Origin: Mobula hypostoma
Lineage: Eukaryota
Direction of reading: 5' to 3'
Length of the DNA stretch: 64,000 nucleotides
Assembly: GCF_963921235.1 (NCBI RefSeq)
Contig: NC_086097.1
Span: 1,116,001-1,180,000 of the forward strand
In this document: positions 48,320 through 61,799 of the stretch, piece after piece
Numbering within the stretch: position 1 is the stretch's first letter
How the letters are laid out: each line of letters starts with the position of its first letter
Made by a program: the position numbers and the translations under genes
The notes under the pieces: generated by a model
Seen by the model: only the letters and a program-made list of their open reading frames with translations
What the model was told of the DNA's origin: nothing
The model's database searches: none

Positions 48320-51300
48320 GGAAATCAGGGTCCAGGATTTCTCTGACCGGGTGCACGACATCCTGGTACGAGAGGGAAAGCAACCAGAAGTCGTGATACA
48401 TGTTGGCACCAACGACATAGGCAGGAAGAGGGATGAGGTCTTGAAGTGTGAGTTTCAGGAACCAGGCAGAAGGCTGAAGAACAGGACCTCAAGGGTGGCG
48501 TTCTCATGATTGTTGCCAGTGCTATGTGACAGTGATGGTAAGAATTGGAGGAGATGGCAGTTGAATGCGTGGCTGAGGAGTTGGTGCAGGGGGCTGGGTT
48601 TTAGATTTTTGGATCATTGGGATCTCTTCTGGGGAAGGTGGGACCTGTACAGATTGGATGGGTTGCACCTGAACTCGAGGGGGAGCAATATCCTTGCAGG
48701 TAGGTTTGCTAGCAGGGTTCGGGAGGGTTTAAACTAATTTTTAAGGGGGATGGGACCCGGAGTGATAGAGCAGTGAAAGAAGTGCGTGGAGTGAAACCAG
48801 ATCTAACATATAGAGAGGCTTTGAGGAAAGAGAAGCAGAATAAACGGTGTAAAGGTAGTAAGATAAAAGGGCTAAACTGTGTGTACCTCAATGCAAGAAG
48901 CATCAGGAACAAAGGTGATGAACTGAAAGCTTGGATACATACATGGAATTATGATGTCGTGGCCATTACAGAGACTTGGCTGGCACCAGGGCAGGAATGG
49001 ATTCTCAGTATTCCTGGATTTCACTGCTTTAAAGGGGATAGAGAGGGCGGAAAAAGGGGAGGAGGGGTGGCATTACTGGTCAGGGATACTATTACAGCTA
49101 CAGAAAGAGTGGGTAATGTAACAGGATCCTCTTTTGAGTCAGTATGGGTGGAAGTCAGGAACAGGAAGGGAGCAGTTACTCTATTGGGGGTATTCTATAG
49201 GCCCCCTGGTAGCAGCAGAAATACTGAGGAGCAGATTGGGAGGCAGATTTTGGAAAGGTGCAGAAATAACAGGGTTGTTATCATGGGTGACTTTAACTTC
49301 CCTAATATTGATTGGCACCTGATTAGTTCCAATAGTTTGGACGGGGCAGAGTTTGTTAAGTGTGTCCAGGACGGATTCCTGTCACACTATGTTGACAGGT
49401 CGACTAGAGGGAATGCCATACTAGATCTAATATTAGGTAATGAACCAGGTCAGGTCACAGATCTGTCAGTGGGTGAGCGTCTGGGGGACAGTGACCACCG
49501 CTCCCTGGCCTTTAGCATAATCATGGAAAAGGATAGAATCAGAGAGGACAGGAACATTTTTAATTGGGGAAAAGCAAATTATGATGCTATAAGGCTAGAA
49601 CTTGAGGGTGTGAATTGGGACGATATTTTTGCAGGGAAATATATTATGGACATGTGGTCATGTTTAGAGATCTCTTGCAGGATGTTAGGGATAAATTTGT
49701 CCTGGTGAGGAAGATAAAGAATAGTAGGGTGAAGGAACCATGAGTGACAAGTGAGGTGGAAAATCTAGTCAGGTGGAAGAAGGAAGCATACATGAGGTTT
49801 AGGAAGCAAGGATCAGATGGGTCTATTGAGAAATACAGGGTAGCAAGAAAGGAGCTTAAGAAGGGGCTGAGGAGAGCAAGAAGGGGGCATGAAAAGGCCT
49901 TGGCGAGTAGGGTAAAGGAAAACCCCAAGGCATTCTTCAATTATGCTAAGTACAAAAGGATGACAGGAGTGAAGGTAGGGCTGATTAGAGATAAAGGTGG
50001 GAAAATGTGCCTGGAGGCTGTGGAAGTGAGCGAGGTCCTCAATGAATACTTCACTTTGGTATTCACCAGTGAGAGGGAACTTGACGGTGAGGACAATATG
50101 AGTGAGGTTGATGTTCTGGAGCATGTTGATATTAAGGGAGAGGAGGTGTTGGAGTTGTTAAGATACATTAGGACGGATAAGTCCCCGGAGCCTGATGGAA
50201 TGTTCCCCAGGCTGCTCCACGAGGCGAAGGAAGAGATTACTGAGCCTCTGGCTAGGATCTTTATGTCCTCATTGTCTACGGGAATGGTACCAGAGGATTG
50301 GAGGGAGGCGAACGTTGTCCCCTTGTTCAATAAAGGTAGTAGGGATAGTCCGGGTAATTATCGACCAGTGAGCCTTACGTCAGTGGTGGGAAAGCTGTTG
50401 GGAAAGGTTCTTAGAGATAGGATCTATGGGCACTTAGAGAATCATGGTCTGATCAGGGACAGTCAGCATGGCTTTGTGAAGGGCAGATCGTGTCTAACAA
50501 GCCTGATAGAGTTCTTTGAGGAGGTGACCAGGCATATAGATGAGGGTAGTGCAGTGGATGTGATCTATATGGATTTTAGTAAGGCATTTGACAAGGATCC
50601 ACACAGTAGGCTTATTCAGAAAGTCAAAAGGCATGGGATGCAGGGAAGTTTGGCCAGGTGGATTCAGAATTGGCTTTCCTGCAGAAGGCAGAGGTCGTGG
50701 TGGAGGGAGTACATTCGAATTGGAGGGTTGTGACTAGTGGTGTCCCACAAGGATCTGTTCTGGGACCTCTACTTTTCGTGATTTTTATTAACGACCTGGA
50801 TGTGGTGGGTAGAAGGGTGGGTTGGCAAGTTTGCAGACGACACAAAGGTTGGTGGTGTTATAGATAGTGCAGAGGATTGTCGAAGATTGCAGAGAGGCAT
50901 TGATAGGATGCAGAAGTGGGCTGAGAAGTGGCAGATGGAGTTCAACCCGGAGAAGTGTGAGGTGGTACACTTTGGAAGGACAAACTCCAAGGCAGAGTAC
51001 AAAGTAAATGGCAGGATACTTGGTAGTGTGGAAGAGCAGAGAGATCTGGGGGTACGTGTCTACAGATCCCTGAAAGTTGCCTCACAGGTAGATAGGGTAG
51101 TTAAGAAAGCTTATGGGGTGTTGGCTTTCATAAGTTGAGGGATAGAGTTTAAGAGTCGCGATGTAATGATGCAGCTCTATAAAACTCTGGTTAGGCCACA
51201 CTTGGAGTACTGTATCCAGTTCTGGTCGCCTCACTATGGGAAGGATGTGGAAGCATTGGGAAGGGTACAGAGGAGATTTACCAGGATGCTGCCTGGTTTA

Positions 51301-51720
51301 GAGAATATGCATTATGATCAGAGATTAAGGGAGCTAGGGCTTTACTCTTTGGAGAGAAGGAGGATGAGAGGAGACATGATAGAGGTATACAAGATATTAA
51401 GAGGAATAGTTAGAGTGGATAGCCAGCGCCTCTTCCCCAGGGCACCACTGCCCAATACTAGAGGACATGGCTTTAAGGTAAGGTGTGGGAAGTTCAAGGG
51501 GGATATTAGAGGAAGGTTTTTTACTCAGAGAGTGGTTGGTGCGTGGAATGCACTGCCTGAGTCAGTGGTGGAGGCAGATACACTAGTGAAATTTAAGAGA
51601 CTACTAGACAAGTATATGGAGGGATTTAAGGTGGGGGGTTATATGGCAGGCAGGGTTTAAGGGTCGGCACAACATTGTGGGCCGAAGGGCCTGTACTGTG
51701 CTATAATATTCTATGTTCTA
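48320..51720 (+). mobile_element. Near full-length CR1 (family A): esterase, APE, RT and tail
   Basis: ORFs 48243-48737, 48773-49708, 49744-50733, 50800-51138 and 51166-51660, with a few disablements. Confidence 0.95.
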
Positions 51721-51799
51721 AGACATGTCTGGCCAGCAAGAACACAATGGGCTGAATGTCCTTCTCTGCAATGAATATGTGGTTTGCCTTTGTTGAGGG

Positions 51800-52335
51800 A
51801 GGGAGGGTCCTTTAACATCTGTCGGACGATGCTGAGGATGTTCTATGAGTCTGTGGTGGCCAGTGCGATCATGTTTGCTGCTGTGTGCTGGGGCAGCAGG
51901 CTGAAGGTAGCAGACACCAACAGAATCAACAAACTCATTCGTAAGGCCAGTGATGTTGTGGGGATGGAACTGGGCCCTCTGACGGTGGTGTCTGAAAAGA
52001 GGATGCTGTCCAAGTTGCATGCCATCTTGGACAATGTCTCCCATCCACTACATAATGTACTGGTTGGGCACAGGAGTACATTCAGCCAGAGACTCATTGC
52101 ACCGAGATGCAACACAGAGCGTCATAGGAAGTCATTCCTGTCTGTGGCCATCAAACTTTACAACTCCTCCCTTTGAGGGTCAGACACCCTGAGCCAATAG
52201 GCTGGTCCTGGACTTATTTCCTGGCATAATTTACATATTACTATTTAATTATTTATAGTTTTATTACTATTTAATTATTTATGGTGCAACTGTAACGAAA
52301 ACCAATTTCCCCCGGGATCAATAAAGTATGACTAT
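51800..52335 (+). mobile_element. Rex1/Babar-type LINE 3' end
   Basis: FYESVVASAIMFAAVCW...SHPLH...TERHRKSF motif; ends GGGATCAATAAAGTATGACTATG. Confidence 0.82.
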
Positions 52336-53979
52336 GGAGAAGGACTTGATATGAGGGGTGGGAGGTTGGATGATGTCTTGAGAATGGTTTGGTTACTGAC
52401 GATACCAGAATTTCTTTCCCATTGAGCACCAGGGATGAACCATTGAAATGGACCAATGATCTTACATCAATGCAAGGGGAATTATTGGGGGAGATGTGAT
52501 TTTGTGATTTTAAGGTATGAGATTTATGTACATTTGGAAAGACAGAAAATGATTAGTTATAGTCAACATGGTTCTGTGTGGGAGAAACCGTATTTCACTA
52601 ATTTGAGGCGTTTGAGGAAATAACCAAGGAGATTGATGAAATCTGGTAGGGTAGTGAAAAAGTCTTTAGGCACACTGGCCTTCATCGGTCAGGGCACTGA
52701 GTATTGAAGTTGGGATGTTACGTTACAGTTGTACAAGTTGTCAGGGCTTTCTGCTTTGGCTCTTGGTAGGATCACCCACAGGTCAAAAGGTAGAGGACAG
52801 TCTAAGAGTGGTCCACTGATCCTCCAGGTTCAGTGGTTCAGCTCAGGGCTAACAACTCTAACTGGTAAAGTAAAATTATTATGGAAACAGCAATGAAGAA
52901 TCCTTCTATATCGGAGTGCAACGGTATTCCTAAGTCTTCACCGGGACTTGCATGAGTGACTGCACTGAAAATTGAGGAAACTACTGACATAATGATGACA
53001 TATTGAACTTCGCAAGATATCAAGCATATTTTTAAGAGGGTAATCAAGGGGGCAAAGAGGAGTGAGATAGATTTTGCAGGCAAGGTAAAGGAAAATTCCA
53101 AGAGACTTAATAACTATATTCTCGGCAGTTTCCAGAGTAGGTTACATGTTCAGCACAAAATAGTGGGCCGAAGGGGCTGTAATAGAAACATAGAAAACCT
53201 ACAGCACAATACAGGCCCTTTGGCCTACAAAGCTGTGCTGTACATGTCCTTACCTGAGAAATTAACTAGGGTTACCCATAGCCCTCTATTTTACTGAGCT
53301 CTATATACCTGTTCAGGGGTCTCTTAAAAAAAACCCTATTGTGTCCACCTCCAACACCGTTGCTGGGAGCCCATTCCACACACACACCACTCTCTGTGTT
53401 TAAAAAAAGGCAACTTACCCCTGATATCTCTTCTGTACCTACTTCCAAGCACCTTAAAACTGTGCCCTCTCATGCTAGCCATTTCTGCCCTGGGAAAAAG
53501 CCTCTGACTATCGACACGATCAGTGCCTCTCATCATCTTATACATATCTTATCAGATCACCACTCATCCTCTGTCGCTCCAAGGAAAAAAGGCCGAGTTC
53601 ACTCAACCTATTCTCATAAGGCATGCTCCCCAATCCAGGCAAAATTCTTGTAAATCTCCTCTGCACCCTTTCTATGGTTTCCACATCTGTCCTATAGTGA
53701 GGTGATCAGAACTGAGCACAGTACTCCAAGTGGGGTCTGACCAGGGTCCTAGATAGCTGCAACATTACCTCTCAGCTCTTAAACTCAGTCCAACGATTGA
53801 TGAAGGCCAATGCACTGTCTGCCTTCTTAACCACAGAGATAACCTGCACAGCAGCCTTGAATGTCCTATGGAATCAGACCCCAAGATCCCTCTGATCCTC
53901 CACACTGCCAAGAGTCTTAACATTAATACTATATTCTGACATCATATTTGACCTACCAAAATGAACCACCTCACACTTA

Positions 53980-54208
53980 AGCAGCACACACAAAATGCTG
54001 GTGGAACACAGCAGGCCAGGCAGCATCTATAGGAAGATGTACAGTCAACGTTTCGGGCCGTGACCCTTTGTCAGGATTCTGATGAAGGGTCTAGACCCGA
54101 AACGTCAACTGTACTTCTTCCTATAGATGCTGCCTGGCCTGCTGCATTCCACCAGTATTTTGTGTGTGTTGCTTGAATTTCCAGCATCTGCAGATTTTCT
54201 CGTGTTTG
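53980..54208. mobile_element. Palindromic PLE insertion with back-to-back hammerhead motifs
   Basis: 13-bp TSD CACCTCACACTTA (53967-53979 / 54209-54221); inverted arms meet at about 54076. Confidence 0.9.
54075..54110 (+). ncRNA. Hammerhead motif with compensatory stem II (GGGT CTAG ACCC)
   Basis: CTGATGA-A-GGGTCTAGACCC-GAAAC-GTC-AACT. The 5' strand of stem I is disrupted by the inversion junction. Confidence 0.65.
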
Positions 54209-56267
54209 CACCTCACACTTATCTGGGTTGAACTCCATCTGCCACTTCTCAGCCCAGTTTTGCATCCTATCAGTGTCCCACTATAATCTCTGACAGCCCT
54301 CCACACTATCCACAACACCCCCAACCTTTGTGTCGTCGGCAAATTTACTAATCCATCCCTCCACTTCTTCATCCAGGTCATTTATAAAAGTCACAAAGAG
54401 TAGGGGCCCAGAACAGATTCCTGAGGCACACCACTGGTCACTGACCTCAATGCAGAATATGACCCATCTGCAATCACTCTTTGCCTTCTGTGGGCAAGCC
54501 AGTTCTGGATCCACAAAGCAATGTCCCCTTGGATCTCATGTCGCCTTACTTTCTCAATAAGCCTTGCATGAGGTACCTTGTCAAATGCCTTGCTGAAATC
54601 CATATACACTACATCTACTGCTCTACCATCATCAATGTGTTTAGTCACATCCTCAAAAAAATTCAGTCAGGTTCGTAAGGCACGACCTGCCTTTCACAAA
54701 GCCATGCTGACTATTCCTAATCATATTATGCTTCTCCAAATGTTCATAAATCCTGCCTCTCAGGATCTTCTCCATCAACTTACCAACCACTGAAGTAAGA
54801 CTCACTGGTCTATAATTTCCTGGGCTATCTCTACTCCCTTTCCTGAATAATGGAATAACACCTGCAACCCTCCAATCCTCCGGAACCTGTCCCGTCCCCA
54901 TTGATGATGCAAAGTTCATCGCCAGAGGCTCAGCAATCTCCTCCTTCACCTCCCACAGTAGCCTGGGGTACACCTTGTCTGGTCCCAGTGACTTATCCAA
55001 CTTGATGCTTTCCAAAAGCTCCAGTACATCCTCTTTCTAAATATCTACATGCTCAAGCTTTTCAGTCCATTGTAAGTCATCTGAAAATCGCCAAGATCCT
55101 TTTCCTTAGTGAATACTGAAGCAAAGTACCTCTGCTGTCTCCGCCGGTTCCATATACACTTTTCCACTGTCATGCTTGATTGGTCCTATTTCTCACGTCT
55201 CATCCTCTTGCTCTTCACATACTTGTAGAATGCCTTGGGGTTTTTATTAATCCTGTCCGCCAAGGCCTTCTCATGGCCCCTTCTGGTTCTCCTAATTTCT
55301 TTCTTGATCCTTTCTGCTAGCCTTACAATCTTCTAGATCTCTATCATTACCTAGCTTTTTGAACCTTTCTTCTTTTCTTCTTGACTAGATTTACAACAGC
55401 CTTTGTACACCACGGTTCCTGTACCCTACTATCCTTTCCCAGTCTCATTGGAACGTACCTGTGCAGAACTCCATGCAAGTATCCCCTGAACACTTGCCAC
55501 ATTTCTTCCGTACATTTTCCTGAGAACATCTGTTTCCAATTTATGCTTACAATTTGATAGCCTCATATTTCCCCTTACTCTAATTAAACAATTTCCTAAC
55601 TTGTCTGTTCCTATCCCTTTCCAATGTTATGGTAAAGGAGATAGAATTGTGATCGCTATCTCCAAAACGCTGTCCCACTGAGAGATCTGACACCTAACCA
55701 GGTTCATTTCCCAATACCAGATCAAGTACAGCCTCTCCTCTTGTAGGCTTATCTGCATATTGTGTCAAGAAACGTTCTAGAACATACCTAACAAACTCCA
55801 CCCCATCTAAACCCTTGCTCTAGGGACATGCCAATCGATATTTGGGAAATTAAAATCTCCCACCACGACAACACTGTTGTTATTACACCTTTCCAGAATC
55901 TGTCTCCCTATCTGCTCTTCTATTGCCCTGTTACTATTCGGTGGTCTATATATAAAAAAAAACACCCAGTAGAGTTATTGACCTCTTCCTGTTCCTAATT
56001 CCACCCATAGAGACTCTGTAGACAATCCATCCATGTCTTTCTCCTTTTCTACGGCTGTGTCATTCCCTCTGATCAACAGTGCCATGCGCCCACCTCTTTG
56101 TGCTGTAGATTTCTATGTCTATATAGTTGAGGCCACATTTGGAATATGGAGTTCAGCCTTTTGTCACTCTGCTATAGGAAAGATGCTCTTAAACTGGAAG
56201 AGTGCAGAGGAGATTTATGATGGTGTTATTAAGAATTGGGGCTGAGTTCTGAGGAGAGGTTGAGCAA

Positions 56268-56892
56268 GGTAGTTAAAGCTTATGGGGTGTTGGCTTTCAT
56301 AAGTTGAGGGATAGAGTTTAAGAGTCGCGATGTAATGATGCAGCTCTATAAAACTCTGGTTAGGCCACAATTGGAGTACAGTGTCCAGTTCTGGTCGCCT
56401 TTCTATAGGAAGGATGTGGAAGCTTTGGAAAAGGTACAGAGGAGATTTACCAGGATGCTGCCTGGTTTAGAGAGTATGCATTATGATCAGAGATTAAGGG
56501 AGCTAGGGCTTTACTCTTCGGAGAGAAGGAGGATGAGAGGAGACATGATAGAGATGTACAAGATAATAAGAGGAATAGATAGAGTGGATAGCCAGCACCT
56601 CTTCCCCAGGGCACCACTGCTCAATACAAGAGGACCTGGCTTTAAGGTAAGGGGTGGGAAGTTCAAGGGAGATATTAGAGGAAGTTTTTTTTTACTCAGA
56701 GAGTGGTTGGTGCGTGGAATGCACTGCCTGAGTCAGTGGTGGAGGCAGATACATGAGTGAAGTTTAAGAGACTACTAGACAGGTATGTGGAGGAATTTAA
56801 GATGGGGGGTTATATGGGAGGCAGGGTTTGGGGGTCGGCACAACATTGTGGGCCGATGGGCCTGTAATATGCTGTACTGTTCTATGTTCTAT
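56268..56892 (+). mobile_element. CR1 3' end (family A)
   Basis: ORF 56335-56760; near-identical to 30-660. Confidence 0.92.
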
Positions 56893-57778
56893 TAAGGTGG
56901 GACATTATTCATATGGGGTGATGTTGTAGAGGTGCATAAAATCGTGAGGGATGTAGATGAGATTAATGCACACAATCTTTTTTTCCCTGACGATGGGGAA
57001 TCAAGAATTTCCCAATCTTCACCTTGAAGTCAAGTTTGAGGGACTGTAATGTTTGTAATGATACTGTAAAACAGGCAGAGATGTTTAACATACCAACATT
57101 AAGAAAGAGAATGTATCCCAGGTTACTGCAGGAAGTGATTACTTTGCTTTTTACAAAGATCTTTGTGTCCTCACTGGTCACAGGAATAGTATCAAAAAGT
57201 TGAAGACTAGCAAATGTTATTCTTTTGTTCAAGAAAGGGAGTAGGCATGATCTTGGGAGTCATAAACCAGTGAGTCATACTTCAGTGTTGGGCAAATTGT
57301 TGGAGACGATTCCGAGAGACAGGATTTATCACAATTTGCAGAAGCATAGCCTCATTAGGTATAGCAACATGGTTTTGTGTAGAGCAGGTTGTGCCTCATG
57401 AGTCTGATTGGATTTTGAGGATGTTACAAAAATACGTTAATGAAGGTAGAGCAGTGGATTCTGGTGTATACAGATTTTAGTAAGGTGTTTAAGAAAATTC
57501 CCTGTGGTAGGCTTATTCAGAAAGTCAGGAGGTATGGGATCCTGGGATATTTGACTGTGTGGATTCAGAATTGGCTTGCCCATAGAAGGCACAGGGTGAC
57601 TGTGGATGGAGTACATTTTGCCTGGATATCAGTGACCAGTGGTGTTCTGCAGGGATCTATTCAGGAACTTCTGCTCTTGTGATTTTTTATAAATGACTTG
57701 GATGAGGAAGTGGAAGGGTGGGTTAGTACGTTTGCGGGTGACACGAAGGTTCGAGTTGTAGTGGATTGTCACAGGATA

Positions 57779-58969
57779 CCATAAGACCAGAAGACAAAGG
57801 AGCAGAAGTCGGCCATTCGTCCCATCGAGTCTGCTCCGCCATTTTATCATGAGCTGATCCATTCTCCCATTTAGTCCCACTTCCCTGCCTTCTCACCATA
57901 ACCTTTCATGTCCTGGCTACTCAGATACCTATCAATCTCTGCCTTAAATACACCCAGTGACTTGGCCTCCACTGCTGCCCGTGGCAACAAATTCCATAGA
58001 TTCACCATCCTCTGATTAAAAAAATTTCTTCGCATTTCTGTTCTGAATGGGCACCCTTCAATCCTTAAGTCATGCCCTCTTGTACTAGACTCCCCCATCA
58101 TGGGAAACAACTTTGCCACATCCACCCTGTCCATGCCTTTCAACATTTGAAATGTTTCTATGGGGTCTCCCCTCATTCTTCTAAACTCCAAGGAATACAG
58201 TCCAAGAGCGGACAAACATTCCTCATATGTTAACCTTCTCATTCCCGGAATCATTCTAGTGAATCTTCTCTGTATCCTCTCCAACGTCAGCACATCCTTT
58301 CTTAAATAAGGAGACCAAAACTGCCCACAGTACTTTAAATGAGGTCTCACCAGCGCCTCATAGAGCCTCAACATCACATCCCTGCTCCTATACTCTATTC
58401 CTCTAGAAATGAATGCCAACATTGCATTTGCCTTCTTCACTACTGACTCAACCTGGAGGTTAACCTGAAGGGTATCCTGTAAGGGACTCCCAAGTCCTGT
58501 TGCATCTCAGAACTTTGAATTCTTTCCCCATTTAAATAATAGTCTGCCCGTTCATTTCTTCTGCCAAAGTGCATAGCCGTACACTTTCCAGCATTGTACT
58601 TCATTTGCCACTTCTTTGCCCATTCTTCCAATCTATCCAAGTCTGTCTGCAGACTCTCTGTTTCCTCAGCACTACCAGCCCCTCCACCTATCTTCGTATC
58701 ATCAGCAAACTTAGCCACAAAGCCATCTATTCCATAATCATTGATGTACAATGTAAAAAGAAGCAGCCCCAACACAGACCCCTGTGGAACACCACTGGTA
58801 ACCGGCAGCCAACCAGAATAAGATCCCTTTATTCCCACTCTCTGTTTCCTGCCAATCAGCCAATGCTCTATCCACGTATGTAACTTTCCTGTAATTCCAT
58901 GGGCTCTTATCTTGTTAAGTAGCCTCATGTGTGGCACCCTTGTCAAAGGCCTTCTGAAAATCCAATACA
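57779..58969 (-). mobile_element. CR1 3' part nested in an older plus-strand CR1 (~57110-59570)
   Basis: ORFs 57871-58440 and 58440-58970; TSD ACAGGATA (57771-57778 / 58970-58977). Confidence 0.9.
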
Positions 58970-60399
58970 ACAGGATAAGACAAGATGCTGGGCTGAGAAG
59001 AGGCAGATGGAGTTCAATCTGGAAAAAATGTTAAATGATTCACTTTAGGGGATCAAACTTGAAGGCAGAGGACAAGATTAACAGCAGGATTCATTGCAGT
59101 GTGGAAGAATTTGGAGTCCAAGTCCATAGGTCCCTTGAAGTTGCCATGCAGGTTGATAAGGTGGTTAAGAAGGCATGTGGTATGTTGGGAAGCTGAATTT
59201 AAGAGCCAGGAGGTAATGTTGCAGCTCTATAAAACTCTGTTTAGATCACACTTGGAATATTTTGTTCAGTTCTAGTCGACTGATTAGATACGGAATCTTT
59301 AGCGAGGGTGCAAAGGAGATTTACCAAGATGTTTCTGAAGGTGAAACAAGATGGACTTTGTTTTCATAGGAGTGGAGAAGACAGAAGAGGGAACTGATAG
59401 AGATGTGCAAATCTTGTAGGGCATAGATAGACTGATAATGGGGAGTATGCTTGTCTCAGCATGCTTCCAAAACCAGATGACTGGAGTTTAAAGTAAACAT
59501 TTGGAGCATTAGTGGAGAAGAAAATTCTCTCAATTACCGTAAGCGTGGCTACAATCTGGAACACGACCTGAGGGGTGTCATGGAGTAAGATAGCACTGAA
59601 ATGGGCTTTTCAGCCCAACTGGTCCATGATGTAAAATAAAATTCCTGGGGATTTGCTCACCTTAATACGCATCAACTCAGTAAATACCCACTTCCTGGTA
59701 ATATGGATAAGTTTCGAGATGTCACTTCTTAATGTATTACCATCATTTCTTTGGCATCCATGAATTTCTCCTCAGTAAACACCAAGGAGAAAGAGACATT
59801 AAAAATCTCAGCCCTCTTCTGAGGCTCTGAACATAAGGGGTGCTGATCATCTATACAATAGAATAGACTAGAACTTTATTGTCATTGCTGAAGACAATGA
59901 GATTGCGATGCCCCTCCGGTCTGTGCAAAACAAATATCTACAATGCATGTGCTATAGCTTATTTAAAAAAAAATTCCATGTTCGTATGTAACAAGTGAAT
60001 TTGATAGTCCATAACACTCCGTAAGACGTGAGAGAAAAGTTCAAAGTAAATTTCATTATCAGAGTATGTATATGTCACCATATACAACCCTGAGATTTAT
60101 TTTCTTGCAGGTGTACTTAATAAATCCATAATAGAATAATAACTATAAAAGAATCAATGAAAGGCTGCCACAACTTGGGTGTTCAACCAGTGTACAAAAG
60201 ACAGCAAACTGTCCATATACAAAAAGAAAGAAATAATAATAAATAAATAGACAATAAATATCAAGAACAGTGCTCAATTGGGGATCAGGAGCCTAAGAAG
60301 ATGTAGTTCACTGAGGTTTGCTGATTGAGTAGAAAAGACAGTGACTTGTGGCAGTTTGGAACTTTAAGCAGTACCCAACTAGCCTGACAAACAAGTTAA

Positions 60400-61680
60400 A
60401 GTAAGGCAGGGGCGAGCAGGATTGGCATTTGTCGGAGTGGCTATCATTGGACTGGTCAGAGTTAGAGTGGGGTTTTTGAGGCTTTAGCTCTTCAAGGCTT
60501 CAGCAAAGAGAGGCTTGAGTGAGAGAAGGCAAAAAAGCTGTAGGTAAAGTTTTTTTTCTATTTCTACTGTTTGTTGTTTTTCCTTTATAGTTGCTCAGTT
60601 AGGAATAGTTGAGATGCATACAGTTTAGTTGAATGCTTCTCTTGCAGGATGTGGGAAGGCAGGGAGACCTCCAGTGTCCCTGAGGACCACAACCGTCAAA
60701 ATTGCATGCAGCTACAGCTTCTGAGCTGGAACTGGATAAACTCCGGATCATTCAGGAGGCTGAGGGGGTGTTAGTATCACAGCAGAATAAAGGGAATTAC
60801 AGAGGTATGAGAGAGGAGCTTGCCCAGGTGGATTGGAGGAGGATACTGGCAGGGATAATGACAAAGCAGAGATGGCTGAAGTTTCTGGGTATAGTTCACA
60901 AGGCGCAGGATATATATGCTCCACAGAAAATAAGTAGTTCTCAAATGGCAAAGGTAGGCAACCATGGCTGACAGGGAAGTTAAGGACTGCATAAAAACCA
61001 AGGAAAGGTAGCAAAAGTGAATGGGAATTTGGTGGATTGTGAAGCTTTAAAAATCCAACAAAAGGCCACTAAAACAACTACAAGAAGGGAAAAGATGGAA
61101 TATGAGGGCAAACTAGCAAATAATATAAAACAGGATACTAAAAGTATTTTCAGTTATATAAAGAGTAAAAGGAGTGTGCCAGACGTCCGTGAGTGTCAGG
61201 GAGTAGAAGTGAGTGCCATTTCTATTACAAACGAAAAAGTGCTATGCAAATTCAAAAGTCTTAAGGTGGATAAGTCACCTGGACCAGATGGACTACATTT
61301 CAGTCTTGAAAGAGGTTGTTGGAGAGATAATGGATGCATTGATCATGATCTTTCAAGAATCACTTGATTCTGGCATGGTCCCAGAGGACTGGAAAATTGC
61401 AAATGTCACTCCACTCTTTAAAAAGGGAGGAAGGCAAAAGAAAGGAAATTATGGGCCAGTTAGCCTAACCTCAGTGGTTAGGAAAGTGTTGAAGTCTATC
61501 ATTAAGGAAGAGGTTTTAGGGTACTTGGAGACTAATGATAAAATAAGTCAAAATCAGCATGGTTTCTGTAAAGGGAAATTTTGCCTGACAAATCTGGTAG
61601 AGTTCTTCAAGGAAGTAACAAGCAGGGTGGACAAAGGAGAGTCAGTGGGTGTCATTTACCGGATTTTCAGAAGGCAATTG
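60400..61680 (+). mobile_element. Internally deleted CR1 (5' UTR and ORF1 start joined to mid-ORF2)
   Basis: Zn-finger/leucine-zipper remnant jumps at ~60770 to KGNYRGMREEL; RT start in ORF 61213-61782. Confidence 0.8.
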
Positions 61681-61799
61681 ATAATTGAATTGACTTTATT
61701 ACTTGTGTCCTACATGCACACAAGCAGTAAAAATCTTTACGTTACCTTTCCATCTAAATGTGCACTTTATAGTAATTTGTAATAAATAGTTTCAGTCGA

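Larger units (their letters stand above)
53183..56100 (-). mobile_element. CR1 (family B), APE to 3' tail, hosting a palindromic PLE
   Basis: ORFs 54391-54648, 54653-55015 and 53336-53545; (CATAGAAA)n tail. Confidence 0.9.
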
